Source: an uncultured Actinomycetes bacterium (GTDB taxonomy: Bacteria > Actinomycetota > Actinomycetes > Streptosporangiales > Streptosporangiaceae). Taken from it: 32,000 bases of DNA. The stretch spans positions 1,057,499 to 1,089,498 of the forward strand of contig CAVWBH010000001.1 of NCBI GenBank assembly GCA_963753195.1, written 5' to 3'. The notes beneath the pieces were generated by a model. That model had not been told where the DNA came from. It ran no database searches and saw only the letters and a list, made by a program, of their open reading frames with translations. Shown piece by piece: positions 17,855 to 27,822 of the stretch (within the stretch, counting starts at the first letter, position 1; each line of letters begins with the position of its first letter). Position numbers and translations under genes: made by a program.

Positions 17855-19596
17855 ATGGCTGGTTACAGTGGCGGGCCGGTGCTGCGCGGCGTGTTGGATG
17901 ACCCGTTGCGTAACCGGGGGGCTGCGTTCACTCACGCTGAACGGGAGGCCCTCGGCCTGACCGGACGGCTGCCTGCGGCGGTGCTGAGTCTTGAGGACCA
18001 GGCGCGGCGCGTGTACGAGCAGCTGCACGGTCAGCCTACCGATCTGGCGAAGAACGTGTTCCTGGAGCAGCTGCACGACAGCAACGAGGTGCTGTATTAC
18101 AAGGTGCTGGCCGACCACCTGGCCGAACTGCTGCCGGTCGTGTACGACCCGACGATCGGGGATGCGATCAGGAAGTATTCCCATGAGTTCCGCCGCCCGC
18201 GGGGCGTCTTCCTGTCGATCGATCAGCCTGGCGACATCGAGAAGGCCTTCGCGGCCCTTCAGCTCGGGCCTGGTGATGTGGACCTGATCGTGTGTACCGA
18301 CGCCGAGGAGATCTTGGGCATCGGCGATTGGAGCGTAGGCGGCATCCAGATCTCGGTCGGCAAACTTGCCGTCTACACCGCTGCGGCCGGGATCGACCCG
18401 CGCCGGGTCATCCCGGTATCGCTGGACGTGGGGACCAACAACGAGGGCTTGCTGAACGACCCGCTGTACCTGAGGAACCGGCATGCCAGGGTGCGTGGCG
18501 ACCGCTATGACGCCTTCATCGCCGCGTACCTGCAGGCTGCGTCGTCGCTGTTCCCCGGCGCGCTGCTGCACTTCGAGGACTTCGGCGCGGATAACGCGCG
18601 GCGGATCCTGGTGAGTTACCAGGACAAGTACCGGATCTTCAACGATGACATGCAAGGAACCGGCGCGGTCGTGCTGGCCGGGCTGTTCAACGCGGTGAAG
18701 ATCACCTGCGCCCGGTGGCGTGACCAGAGGGTCGTCGTGTTCGGCGGGGGCACCGCCGGAGCCGGTATCGCCGACCAGATCCGCGCTCAGATGATCCGTG
18801 ACGGGCTGGATGAGGCGCAGGCCACCCGCCAGATCTGGATCGTGGACCTGCCGGGCCTGCTCACCAGCGACATGGGGGACGGGCTGCTGGACTACCAGCG
18901 CTCCTACGCCCGTCCCCGGCCGAGGCGGTCAGCTGGGCCAAAACCCCGGTCCAGGTCGATCCGGCCACGGCGGTGCGCTGGCCGCAGATGGCCGCCCTGC
19001 GCCAGGCACGCGCCGCCTCCGGGATCATCACCCTGCACACTGTGGTCGAACAGGTCAAGCCCACCATCCTGATCGGGACCTCGACTGCGCACGGGGCGTT
19101 CACCGCCCAGGTCGTCCAGGCTATGGCGGCCGGGACACCACGGCCGGTGATCTTCCCGATCTCCAACCCCACCTCACAGATCGAGGCGATGCCGGCCGAC
19201 ATCATCGCCTGGACCAACGGCCAGGCACTGGTGGCCACCGGCCTGCCCATCCCCCCATTCGACTACGGCGGTGTGCGTTATTCATTCGGGCAGGCTAACA
19301 ACGCCATGCTCTACCCCGGGCTAGGCCTGGGCGTGAACGTGTCCGGCGCAGCTAAGATCACCGACGGCATGCTGCTGGCGGCAGCCCGGGCCGTGGCGGG
19401 CCACGTCGACGTCAGCGCACCCGGGGCTGCGCTGCTGCCCGCAGTGGAAAACCTGCGCGCTTCCTCAGCCACCACAGCGGTCGCTGTGGCCCGGGCCGCC
19501 GTAGCGGACGGCGTGGCGGCCAAGGAGCACGAGAACCTGGTCCAGGCGGTGAACGACGCCATGTGGCAGCCCGTCTACCCAGACGGAGCCGCATGA
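17855..19596 (+). pseudogene. NAD(P)-dependent malic enzyme, apparently frameshifted near 18914-18917
   Basis: N-terminal frame: [89 protein letters not shown]. The C-terminal part ([38 protein letters not shown]) is in the -1 frame. The switch occurs at a CCCC run. Confidence 0.7.
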
Positions 19597-19630
19597 TGGG
19601 CCGTAACATGCTGGGCGCCAAGGCTGACAG

Positions 19631-21001
19631 CTATCCGGCGGCGTGTCGCCCGAACGGGAACATGCCCGCCGGGTCGTGCCGGGAGCGGATGGTGTCCAGG
19701 CGATCGTTCTGGTCGGGTGACCACGAACGAAGCACTGCGCTGGTGTCGTTTGCGCGGCCGACGAAGTTGATCAGCTCCGTGGGTGCGCGCCATTGGGCGA
19801 CTGATCCCAGTACGGACCGGACGGCCGCCAGGCGTTCTGGGTCGCTGAGGGCCGGCTCGGGGGCAGCGTAGACGTTGAGCAGGTGGGCTGCGGAGCGGCC
19901 GCCGACAGCGTTGGGGACCGGTGCCTGGCGCGCCGTTGCTCCGCCCAGAGTGCGGATCTCGACCGAAGACAGCGGGGCATCGGTCTGCGGACCCGCGACG
20001 GCGAGCAACGCTGCTAGGGCATCGGCGTCAAGCGTGGCCAGCGCGGCTGAGCCGTTGGCCACGGACATGGGGGTGACGGGATCACCGTGGATCGTGCCGA
20101 TGCGGTCGTAGGGCAGCGTGCCGATGGTGTCGAGCAGGGGCGGGGCCACCGCGCGGATCGCCGCAAGTTGCCGTTCGGCGGCGGCCGGGGCGTCGGTGCT
20201 GGCCACGCGGACGTGGGCCACCCGCTGGCCGCGGATCGCCTCGGGCAGCGCGTCAGCGTCAGGGAGCCGCAGCAGGGCGATGGAGGCTGTCGTCGACTCC
20301 GGCAGCGCGGGTGACCATTCGGCGTAGGCGGCGAGCACGGCCGGTACGTCAGCGGCCCCGAAGTACAGCGCGCCGCCATATACCTCGCTGAGCGAGAGCA
20401 GCCCGATGGTCACCGCGGTGACCACGCCGAGGCCCCCCTTGCCGCCCCGCAGGGCCCAGAACAGGTCAGGGTGGGACTCCGCCGTCACGGTCAGGCGGCC
20501 GTCGGCGGGAGTGACGACCTCGACGGCCTGGACATGGTCGGCGCTGAAGCCGTAGGTGCGTGCCAGCGGGCCGAGACCTCCGCCCAGCAGATATCCGGCG
20601 ACACCGACCGCCGGCGCCGACCCGCACAAGGCGGCGAGCCCATGCGGGGCGGTGGCCGCCAGGACTGGCTCCCAAGTCGCGCCCGCACCGATCCGGGCCG
20701 AACGCTGGCCGGTATCGACCTCGACGTCCGCGAGGGCCCGCATGCTGATCGCGACCCCGCCGTGCACCTCGTGCAGGCGGCCGTGCCCGGAACCTAGAAC
20801 GGTGAGCCGCTCGCCGTGTTCGCTGGCGACGGCGACGGTCGCCGCCACGTCGGCGGGTGTCCGTGCCGCGACCACGATGTCGGGCAAGCAGGCGATCCCG
20901 AGGTCAAACCCGGATGTCTCGCTGGCGTATCCCGGATCGTCCGGGGCCAGGACGCTCGTCACCCCTGCGCTCCGTAGCGCCTGTGTGGTGCTTGTCGCCA
21001 T
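19631..21001 (-). CDS. FAD-binding (PCMH-type, BBE-like C-terminus) oxidoreductase
   Basis: Motifs VLGSGHG, GAGATWEPV, GSAPAVGVAGYLLGGGLGPLARTYG, LFWALRGGKGGLGVVT and a C-terminal HDPAGMF. ATG 21001 is preferred over TTG 21031. Confidence 0.8.
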   Translation of the reverse strand: MATSTTQALRSAGVTSVLAPDDPGYASETSGFDLGIACLPDIVVAARTPADVAATVAVASEHGERLTVLGSGHGRLHEVHGGVAISMRALADVEVDTGQRSARIGAGATWEPVLAATAPHGLAALCGSAPAVGVAGYLLGGGLGPLARTYGFSADHVQAVEVVTPADGRLTVTAESHPDLFWALRGGKGGLGVVTAVTIGLLSLSEVYGGALYFGAADVPAVLAAYAEWSPALPESTTASIALLRLPDADALPEAIRGQRVAHVRVASTDAPAAAERQLAAIRAVAPPLLDTIGTLPYDRIGTIHGDPVTPMSVANGSAALATLDADALAALLAVAGPQTDAPLSSVEIRTLGGATARQAPVPNAVGGRSAAHLLNVYAAPEPALSDPERLAAVRSVLGSVAQWRAPTELINFVGRANDTSAVLRSWSPDQNDRLDTIRSRHDPAGMFPFGRHAAG

Positions 21002-21079
21002 CGCTAACCCTTTACCGGTCGTTGCTCCCAACCTGCCGCCGACTGCTGAGACTACCGGGGATGCCGGTGGCGGTGATGC

Positions 21080-22684
21080 TCAGGTGCTGGACAGGCGCTC
21101 CTGGGGGACTTCGATCAGGCGCGGGCCGTCGCCGGCCAGTGCGTCTCTTACCGTGGTGGTGAGCTGGGCCAGGCTGGTGACCTGTGTTGCGGGTATTCCG
21201 TAGGCGGTGGCAATGCCGGTGATGTCGATGTCGGGAAGTTCGAGGCCGGGCACGCCATCGATGTGCATCACCTGGGCGAACTTCTTCAGAGCGGCGTACT
21301 CCCGGTTCCGGGCCACGACGAACACGACGGGAACCCGGTAGCGCGCGGCCGTCCACAGCGCGCTGACCGTGTAGTGCAGTGCGCCGTCACCGAGGATGGC
21401 CAGCACTCGCCGGGACGGGTTTCCCAGCTGCAGCCCGATCGCTGCGGGAAGGCCCCACCCGAGCGCTCCGGCGTCGGGGAAGAACAGGCTGCCGGGGCGG
21501 GAGAGGTCGAACCGGTCCCAGGTCGTGTCGACCGACGTCCACTCGTGCGCGATGACCGTGTTCTCGTCCTTGGCGGCGTTGAGCGCGCTGATGATGGCGT
21601 CCGCGCTGAACGCGGGGCCTGCCTCGTCGAGGAGGCCAGGCTGGGCGGGAGAGGTCAGCGGCGGCCGCCCGGCGGCGGGCATCGAGCCGGCGAGCCGGGT
21701 CAGCGCATCGGACGGGTCGCCGATCAGGATGTGGCCGACCGGGGCGCGGGCTGCTTCATCGGGGTCGGAGGTGACGGCCCACAACTCGGCGCCTGCGGGC
21801 AGGTAGTCACCTTCCGCGAATTCGTGGTAGCGGAAGATCGCGGCGCCGAACGCCGCGATGAGGTCGTGCCCGTCAAGCTTGCCCGCGACGCCGGGGATGT
21901 CGGACGGCAGGATGCCCCGGTAGTTCGGGTGCCGGGTGGGGAACGGGCATCGTGACGGGCTGGATGCGACGAACACCGGCAGTGCGAGCTGCTCAGCCAG
22001 CCGGGTGGCGCCACCCCAGCCGACCGCGTCGTCGGTACCTGGCCCGAGGATCATCACCGGGTTCGACGCCGCGGCCAGCCTGCTCCGCAGCAGCTCCAGC
22101 GATCCCTCCGGGACAACGGGATCACCGTAGACGGCCCGGGCCTTGAGCTGCTCGAGCGCGCTGGCATCGGCATCGATGTCCCAGTCGTCCAGGGGGAGGG
22201 AGAGGTACACCGGTCCGGCCGGGGCCGATGTCGCGAGGAGAATGCCCTTCGAGAGCGCGTGTGGAACGTCCTGCGGGCGTAGCGGCTCATTGCTCCATTT
22301 CACCAGCGGCCTGGCCAGCGTCGGCGCATCGACGTTGGTCAGGAGCGCTCCCAGCGCCGCGTACTGACGGGCCTGCTGGCCTGAGGTGACGATGACCGGC
22401 ACATGCGCCGATTGCGCATTGGTCAGGTTCCCCATCGCATTGCCGGTCCCCGCCGCGGAATGGACATTCACCAGCACCGGCCGTCCGGTCGCCTGCGCGT
22501 AACCGTCCGCCATCCCGATCGCCGCGCCTTCCTGCAGCGCGTGGATGTAACGGAAATCGTCCGGAAAGTCACCCAGCAACGGCAGCTCGTTCGAACCCGG
22601 ATTTCCGAAAATGGTGGTAATGCCGTGAACACGGAGCACTTCGTAGAACGCATCACGGACGTTCACCCTTACTGCCACCCCCAC
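21080..22684 (-). CDS. mdlC: Benzoylformate decarboxylase-like ThDP enzyme
   Basis: Collinear by eye with Pseudomonas putida MdlC as I recall it: IFGNPGSNELP.L.DFP.DFRYI.ALQE, GYAQA, HSAAGTGNAMG, LLTNVDA...RPLVKWS.EP, GPVYLS.P.DDWD, RCPFPTRHP, GDG...SALWTAA.Y. GTG start. Confidence 0.8.
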   Translation of the reverse strand: MGVAVRVNVRDAFYEVLRVHGITTIFGNPGSNELPLLGDFPDDFRYIHALQEGAAIGMADGYAQATGRPVLVNVHSAAGTGNAMGNLTNAQSAHVPVIVTSGQQARQYAALGALLTNVDAPTLARPLVKWSNEPLRPQDVPHALSKGILLATSAPAGPVYLSLPLDDWDIDADASALEQLKARAVYGDPVVPEGSLELLRSRLAAASNPVMILGPGTDDAVGWGGATRLAEQLALPVFVASSPSRCPFPTRHPNYRGILPSDIPGVAGKLDGHDLIAAFGAAIFRYHEFAEGDYLPAGAELWAVTSDPDEAARAPVGHILIGDPSDALTRLAGSMPAAGRPPLTSPAQPGLLDEAGPAFSADAIISALNAAKDENTVIAHEWTSVDTTWDRFDLSRPGSLFFPDAGALGWGLPAAIGLQLGNPSRRVLAILGDGALHYTVSALWTAARYRVPVVFVVARNREYAALKKFAQVMHIDGVPGLELPDIDITGIATAYGIPATQVTSLAQLTTTVRDALAGDGPRLIEVPQERLSST

Positions 22685-22945
22685 TACTCAGGATCAGCTG
22701 GGCCGCTGGCATCGCTTCCACCACGGTCCCTGGACCAAAGCGATCTTCAGCAACGCCAGCTTGGCATCGAGGGTGCGCAAGGTATCCCCCGTGTCACGGG
22801 GCCAGCACGCATATCGTCCGTCACTGGACCATAGTACTGAACTGCGATTACACCACGGCGGCGGCCGGTGCCCGTTTGGTCTGGGAATGCCGTCGGCGTT
22901 ACGGGCCGGTCCTCCGCGGCAGAGCCGGAGCCGGTCGCGGCGTGC

Positions 22946-24682
22946 TCAAATGACGGGCAGGATGAGCCGCGAGGTGGAATGGATGGTGTTGAGGCTGCTT
23001 GTCCCGACTGGGGCGTGACGGAAGCCCATGATGGCTGGTGTCTCCGCGGGCTGGTCGTCGCTCGTGATGACCAGCCGGACGCAGTGGCCTGCCGGGAAAC
23101 GCCACGCATTCGCGACGATGGGGATCCGGTAGCTGGTCTTCTCGCCGGGTGCCAGGGCCCGTGGGGTCCGGCAGGGAAGTGACGGTGCGCCGACCGGGCT
23201 GTGCTCGGTGTCGACTTCCCTCATACTCGCCCGGAGCCATCCGGCCGTGATGTCGGTGACCGTACCGTCGGGTGAGACGTCTTGCAGTGTCACGATCCAT
23301 GCCGTGTCAATAGCGGTTGCGGTGGCGTCGAGTGCGAGTTCGATGTTTCCGGCTACCTCGATCGCTTCCGCCAGCGGCGCCGTCGTCCAGGTCAGCAGCG
23401 CGGGCGGATCGGTCGGGCTGGGCCGGGCCCGGCCCAGTCCGGCTCCCAGCGCAAGCAACGACCGGGCGCCTGGTGTGTCGTCGGCTCCGGCGAGTACCCC
23501 GTCACTGCGGAGCGCGAGCCGGTGAGCCGACGTTCCCGTGGGCGGCCATACGGAACTGGTACGCCATTCGCCGGCGCCGGGCATGCGGTACCGGATCGGG
23601 GGACCTTCGAGGATCCCGGTATCGCGGCCCTTGAGCCAGTGGTCATACCAAGCGAGGGCTTCGAGGTGGAGGCTCTCCCACGGCCAGGTCAGGCCGAATT
23701 CACCGAGCATCCCGACGCGCACGACCGGCGCGCTGGTCAACGCGGCAAGCGCGCGGAACGTCGACGGCAGGTGGAGCGGGACATTCTGCCAATCACAGCC
23801 CAGGTAGGTGGGCACCTCCACGTTCCCGAGCAGCGGCTGGATATCGCGCTCGTCCCACCAATCGTCGCGCAGGGGATGTTCGACGGCCATCGCCCGCCAC
23901 AGGTCATCCCACGGATGCGGGTTGTGGTGCAGCTTCAGCAACTCGTGCAGCATCGCGACCGACGATTCCCCGTTCATCGTCGCGAACTTCTTATGCAGCA
24001 CCGGTGTCCGCAGGACATGCCGCGCGGCGTCGATGAGCGTGCTGCGCCAGAACTTGTCGCTGCGGCCCGACGTCAGGCCGACCATAGCCAGGAACGGCGT
24101 GACGAAACCCGAGCTGAACAACCCATGGTGCATCGCGGCTTCATACAGGTCGGTCGTGACCGCAACAGGGAAGATCGCGCGCAAGTGGGCGGGCCGTTCA
24201 ACCGCCGCCTCGAGCTGAGTCATCGCGAAATAGCTGATGCCGATCATCCCGACATTCCCGTCGCACCATGGCTGCGCGGCGGCCCACTCGACCAGATCGT
24301 AAAGATCGCGGCGCTCCTGGGAGTCGAAGAACCCGAACGTCCCGCCCGACCCGCCGGTCCCCCGCAGGTTGGTGATCACGTGACCATAGCCGCGGGGGAC
24401 CCAGAAGTCGGTCGCCCCCGCTTCGATAAACCCCATCGGCGCACCGAGATCCTGGATCTGCCGCGGATAAGGGGACGCGGCGATCAGCGCCGGGAACCGC
24501 CCGTCAGCATCAGGGCGATGCACGTCCGCCAGCAGCGTCACCCCGTCCCGCATCGGGACGGCGACATCCTCATCGCACCGCATCCCGTACTCAGGAACGG
24601 ACAGGTTCCGGTAGTCCCGGCCCGTCGTCTGCGGGCCGTTGAGCTGACGCTGACCCGGATCCACCCCCGCGGCCTTGGGCAT
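22946..24682 (-). CDS. CocE/NonD family hydrolase (S15 X-Pro dipeptidyl-peptidase-like)
   Basis: Motifs VPMRDGVTLLADVHRP, NLRGTGGSGG, the nucleophile region VGMIGISYFA and a C-terminal jelly-roll-like region. ATG 24682 is preceded by GGAG; an alternative ATG at 24718 lacks an RBS. Confidence 0.82.
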   Translation of the reverse strand: MPKAAGVDPGQRQLNGPQTTGRDYRNLSVPEYGMRCDEDVAVPMRDGVTLLADVHRPDADGRFPALIAASPYPRQIQDLGAPMGFIEAGATDFWVPRGYGHVITNLRGTGGSGGTFGFFDSQERRDLYDLVEWAAAQPWCDGNVGMIGISYFAMTQLEAAVERPAHLRAIFPVAVTTDLYEAAMHHGLFSSGFVTPFLAMVGLTSGRSDKFWRSTLIDAARHVLRTPVLHKKFATMNGESSVAMLHELLKLHHNPHPWDDLWRAMAVEHPLRDDWWDERDIQPLLGNVEVPTYLGCDWQNVPLHLPSTFRALAALTSAPVVRVGMLGEFGLTWPWESLHLEALAWYDHWLKGRDTGILEGPPIRYRMPGAGEWRTSSVWPPTGTSAHRLALRSDGVLAGADDTPGARSLLALGAGLGRARPSPTDPPALLTWTTAPLAEAIEVAGNIELALDATATAIDTAWIVTLQDVSPDGTVTDITAGWLRASMREVDTEHSPVGAPSLPCRTPRALAPGEKTSYRIPIVANAWRFPAGHCVRLVITSDDQPAETPAIMGFRHAPVGTSSLNTIHSTSRLILPVI

Positions 24683-24942
24683 CCTGCTACTCCAATACAG
24701 CCAGTGGGCCAACGCCATAACGCAGCAGCAGCCTACACACCGCCAAACGCATCAACGAGGCCGATCTGGCTCATCGGCCCCGCACGCACCAGCAACGTCA
24801 GTCCATTTGCGTGCCTGTGATCCTGCGGCATCAGCACCGACGGGCGCTGCGCCGGGACCCGCTCGCTCAGTCTGTTAGGTGACCAATGACTCTGGTGCGC
24901 CGGTTCGCGCGGAGCAAGGTGATGGATAGGAGGTGCTGCGCG

Positions 24943-25416
24943 ATGACTACCACCGTGAAACGATCCGTGCCGCCGCCCGCGCTCGTCAAGATGGGTAACC
25001 CGCTGGTGCGGATGCTGCTTGGCTCGCCGTTGCATAGGGTGCTTGACCATTTCTTCCTGGTACTGCACCTGACCGGCCGCAAGACCGGACGCCGCTACGA
25101 TATCCCGGTTGGCTTCGTAGACATGGACGGGCAGCTCACCGTCGTCACCGTAGCCAGGTGGCGGGTCAACCTGCGCGGCGGGGCTGACGTCGAGGTCACG
25201 CTGCGCGGGCACCTGCGGCCGATGCTCGCGCTGCTGGAAGAGGACCCCGCTTCGGTCGCGGTTGGCTACCAGGCCATGATCGGCCACATGGGCTGGAAGA
25301 AGGCACAGCGCCAGCTCGGCCTCTCGCTGCCCGGCGGACGGCCGCCGACGCTGCTGGAACTCAAAGACGCGGCCGATGAGTACGGTTGGTCGGTCATCAC
25401 TTTGACCCCGCGGTGA
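24943..25416 (+). CDS. Deazaflavin-dependent nitroreductase-like (DUF385/PNPOx-like) family protein
   Basis: Pattern NPLVRMLLGSPLHRVL...LHLTGRKTGRRYDIPVGFV...W.VNLRGGADVEVTLRG. ATG 24943 is preceded by a strong AGGAGG. The stop lies 4 nt before the next gene. Confidence 0.6.
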   Translation: MTTTVKRSVPPPALVKMGNPLVRMLLGSPLHRVLDHFFLVLHLTGRKTGRRYDIPVGFVDMDGQLTVVTVARWRVNLRGGADVEVTLRGHLRPMLALLEEDPASVAVGYQAMIGHMGWKKAQRQLGLSLPGGRPPTLLELKDAADEYGWSVITLTPR

Positions 25417-25420
25417 CCTA

Positions 25421-26779
25421 GTGATGTCGGCCCCGCCTGAGCGGGCTACCGCTGCGGACCTCATGCAGTCCGCTACGGGCGACGGGAGAGCTGCCGGGCA
25501 CATCGGGGCCGTCTTGGTGCTCGACGCCGCGCAGGGGTTCACCGCCGCGCAGGCGCGGCGGGTGCTCGCCGAGCGGATCCGTGCGGTGCCACGGCTACGG
25601 CAGCGGCTGCACCGGGCACCGCCTGGATGCGGGCGGCCGTACTGGGCGGATGATCCGGCGTTCGATATCGGCGAGCACGTCCGGCAGGTGTGCTGCCCGC
25701 CGCCCGGGGACGAGCGGGCGCTGCTCGATCTCGCTGCGGCTCGCCTCGCCGAGCCCATGCTCCGGTCCCGGCCGCTGTGGTCAGCCACGTTCGTTACCGG
25801 GCTGGCCGACGGCGGCACCGGGCTGGTCGTCATCATGGACCACGTGCTGGCGGACGGCGTTGCTGGACTCGCGGTCCTCGGCACGCTGGTTGACCAGGCC
25901 GCCGGGACGGCACCGGCCCGGGCGGACCGGTTCCCGGCACCGGCACCTAGCGTCCGGGAACTTGCCGCCGATGCCTGGCGAGGGCGCCTGCGCCGGGCGG
26001 GGCAGGCCGGACCAGGTGCTCCGCGCCAGGTGCGCGGCCTGCGCCGGATCCGCGCGGGAATGGCAGAACTGGGGGGCGCCCGGCCGCCGCGCCGGCTCCC
26101 GGTGACATCGCTCAACCGGCCGGTCGGGCCGCGGCGGCGGCTCGACGTCGCCGCCGTCGACCTGGCCGCCGTCCGCGACCTGGGCCACGCCAACGGCGGC
26201 ACCGTCAACGACGTGGTGCTCGCCGCGGTCGCCGGGGCGCTGCGAACCCTGCTGGCCGCGCGCGGGGAGCAACTCAGCGAAGTCACCATCACGGTCCCGG
26301 TGGCCGCCCGGCGGGCGGCCACCGGCGGCGAGCTCGGCAACCAGATCGGGATCATGCCGGTCACCGTGCCCGCCACCGGCGACCTCGGCGCCCGGATAAC
26401 CCGGACGGCCCAGATCACCCGCGAACGCAAGTCGCGTGCCCGCGGCGCCTCAGCCGCCCTGTTCGTGCCCGCGTTTCTGCTGCTGGCCCGCACCGGGCTG
26501 CTGCGCTGGTTCACCAGCCACCAGCGGATGGTCCAGACCTTCCTCACCAACCTGCGCGGCCCGCAAGACCCGCTCACGTTCGGCGGCGCCGCCGTGCGGG
26601 CGATCATCCCCATCCCGTCCACCACCGGGAACGTCACCGTAACGTTCGCGGCGTCCTCCTACGCCGGAACGCTGCGCATCACCGTCCTGTCAGACCCCGC
26701 CCGGATGCCCGACGCCCCCGCACTAGCCGCTGCCCTCCGCCGCGAACTGTCCGCCGCGCTGGCCGCCCCTCCGCCGTGA
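25421..26779 (+). CDS. Wax ester synthase/diacylglycerol acyltransferase (WS/DGAT) family protein
   Basis: The N-terminal condensation-like domain has the active-site region VVIMDHVLADGVAG. The C-terminal DUF1298-type region contains TNLRGPQDPLTFGG. Start is GTG 25421 or ATG 25424. Confidence 0.78.
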   Translation: MMSAPPERATAADLMQSATGDGRAAGHIGAVLVLDAAQGFTAAQARRVLAERIRAVPRLRQRLHRAPPGCGRPYWADDPAFDIGEHVRQVCCPPPGDERALLDLAAARLAEPMLRSRPLWSATFVTGLADGGTGLVVIMDHVLADGVAGLAVLGTLVDQAAGTAPARADRFPAPAPSVRELAADAWRGRLRRAGQAGPGAPRQVRGLRRIRAGMAELGGARPPRRLPVTSLNRPVGPRRRLDVAAVDLAAVRDLGHANGGTVNDVVLAAVAGALRTLLAARGEQLSEVTITVPVAARRAATGGELGNQIGIMPVTVPATGDLGARITRTAQITRERKSRARGASAALFVPAFLLLARTGLLRWFTSHQRMVQTFLTNLRGPQDPLTFGGAAVRAIIPIPSTTGNVTVTFAASSYAGTLRITVLSDPARMPDAPALAAALRRELSAALAAPPP

Positions 26780-26959
26780 GCATGCCGAACAGCGTCCCCG
26801 CACCCCCGCCTCGGGCACCCCCGCGGCTCGCGTCTCGCGAGGGTCTGTGACGGGCTATGGCTTTTTGGGCCGTTTGGCCAAGCAGGGGTGACGTTAGGCC
26901 TGTGTGCTGCGCGCCGTCTGGCGGGACCATGAGGCCGGGAACCAGTTGAGGGAGTTGTC

Positions 26960-27820
26960 ATGACTGCCATCGACGAGCGGCCGCCGCAGGTCGGGGGTGG
27001 TCCGCGGCTGAATGTCAGGGCCCTGGTCGCGTTTTTCGTCCTGGCTTACGCGCTGAGCTGGTCGTGGCTCATCCCGATGGCGGTAGTCCATGAGGTTGTC
27101 CGGCGCGGCGTGAGCTGGCCGACTCATTTCCCGGCCTTGCTAGGCCCCACGATCGCGGCGCTGGCGGTGACCGCCTGGACGCTGGGCCGCCCGGGGGTGC
27201 GTGACCTGCTGGCCCGAATGATCCGGTGGCGGGTCGCCGTACGCTGGTGGCTGGTGGCGGTGAGCCCGGCGGTGTTTTTGGGGCTCGGGCTGATCGTGAT
27301 GGCCGCGGCGGGGAAGACGCTGCCGAACGCGGCGGACTTCGGGTGGTTCAGCGGGATCCCGGCGATCGGCCCAGCGGGTGTGCTGCTGCTTCTTCTGATC
27401 GGCGCGCTAGGTGAGGAGACCGGCTGGCGCGGATACGCGCTGCCGCAGTTGCAGCGCCGGTTCAGCCCGCTGGCCAGCTCGCTCATCCTCGCGGTGATTT
27501 GGTTCGGCTGGCACCTGCCGCAGTTCTTCGTCATCGCTACCTACCGAGACTCCGGCCCGGTCCAGTATGTCGGCATGTTCCTCGGGCTGGCCTGCGGCTC
27601 GGTCGTGCTGACCTGGCTGTACAACCGGTCCGGGGGCAGCATCTTGCTGGTCGCCCTCTGGCACGGGCTGTACAACTTCGTCAGCGGCACCCAGGCCGCC
27701 ACCGGAACGCTCGCCGCAGTCGTCAGCACCCTGATCATGATCCAGGGCCTGGCCCTGATCGGCCTTGAAGTGCGAGCCCGGCGGCACGGCCGGCCCTCCG
27801 TGCTGGGTACCGCCACGTGA
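26960..27820 (+). CDS. CPBP family intramembrane glutamic endopeptidase
   Basis: Multi-TM protein with EETGWRG (EExxxR), FGWHLPQF (FxxxH) and LWHGLYN (HxxxN) motifs. The RBS GAGGGAG precedes the ATG. Confidence 0.85.
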   Translation: MTAIDERPPQVGGGPRLNVRALVAFFVLAYALSWSWLIPMAVVHEVVRRGVSWPTHFPALLGPTIAALAVTAWTLGRPGVRDLLARMIRWRVAVRWWLVAVSPAVFLGLGLIVMAAAGKTLPNAADFGWFSGIPAIGPAGVLLLLLIGALGEETGWRGYALPQLQRRFSPLASSLILAVIWFGWHLPQFFVIATYRDSGPVQYVGMFLGLACGSVVLTWLYNRSGGSILLVALWHGLYNFVSGTQAATGTLAAVVSTLIMIQGLALIGLEVRARRHGRPSVLGTAT

Positions 27821-27822
27821 CC

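Noticed and set aside
18797-18812. 16-nt exact match cgtgacgggctggatg shared with 21951-21966
   Set aside because: It lies inside two unrelated coding regions with no extended similarity on either side. That is within what GC-biased sequence can produce by chance.
19631-22684. Benzoylformate decarboxylase/FAD oxidase as part of a glycopeptide (Hpg/Dpg) biosynthetic cluster
   Set aside because: No NRPS, HmaS/Hmo/HpgT, DpgA-D, P450 or glycosyltransferase genes are in the window. The enzymes are catabolic-type. It is retained only as a speculative catabolic link.
23282-26637. 512-aa (+, 23282-24820) and 634-aa (-, 24733-26637) ORFs
   Set aside because: They are antisense to the CocE/NonD hydrolase and to the DUF385/WS-DGAT genes respectively. 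Their composition is extremely Arg/Pro/Ser-rich with no recognisable domains.
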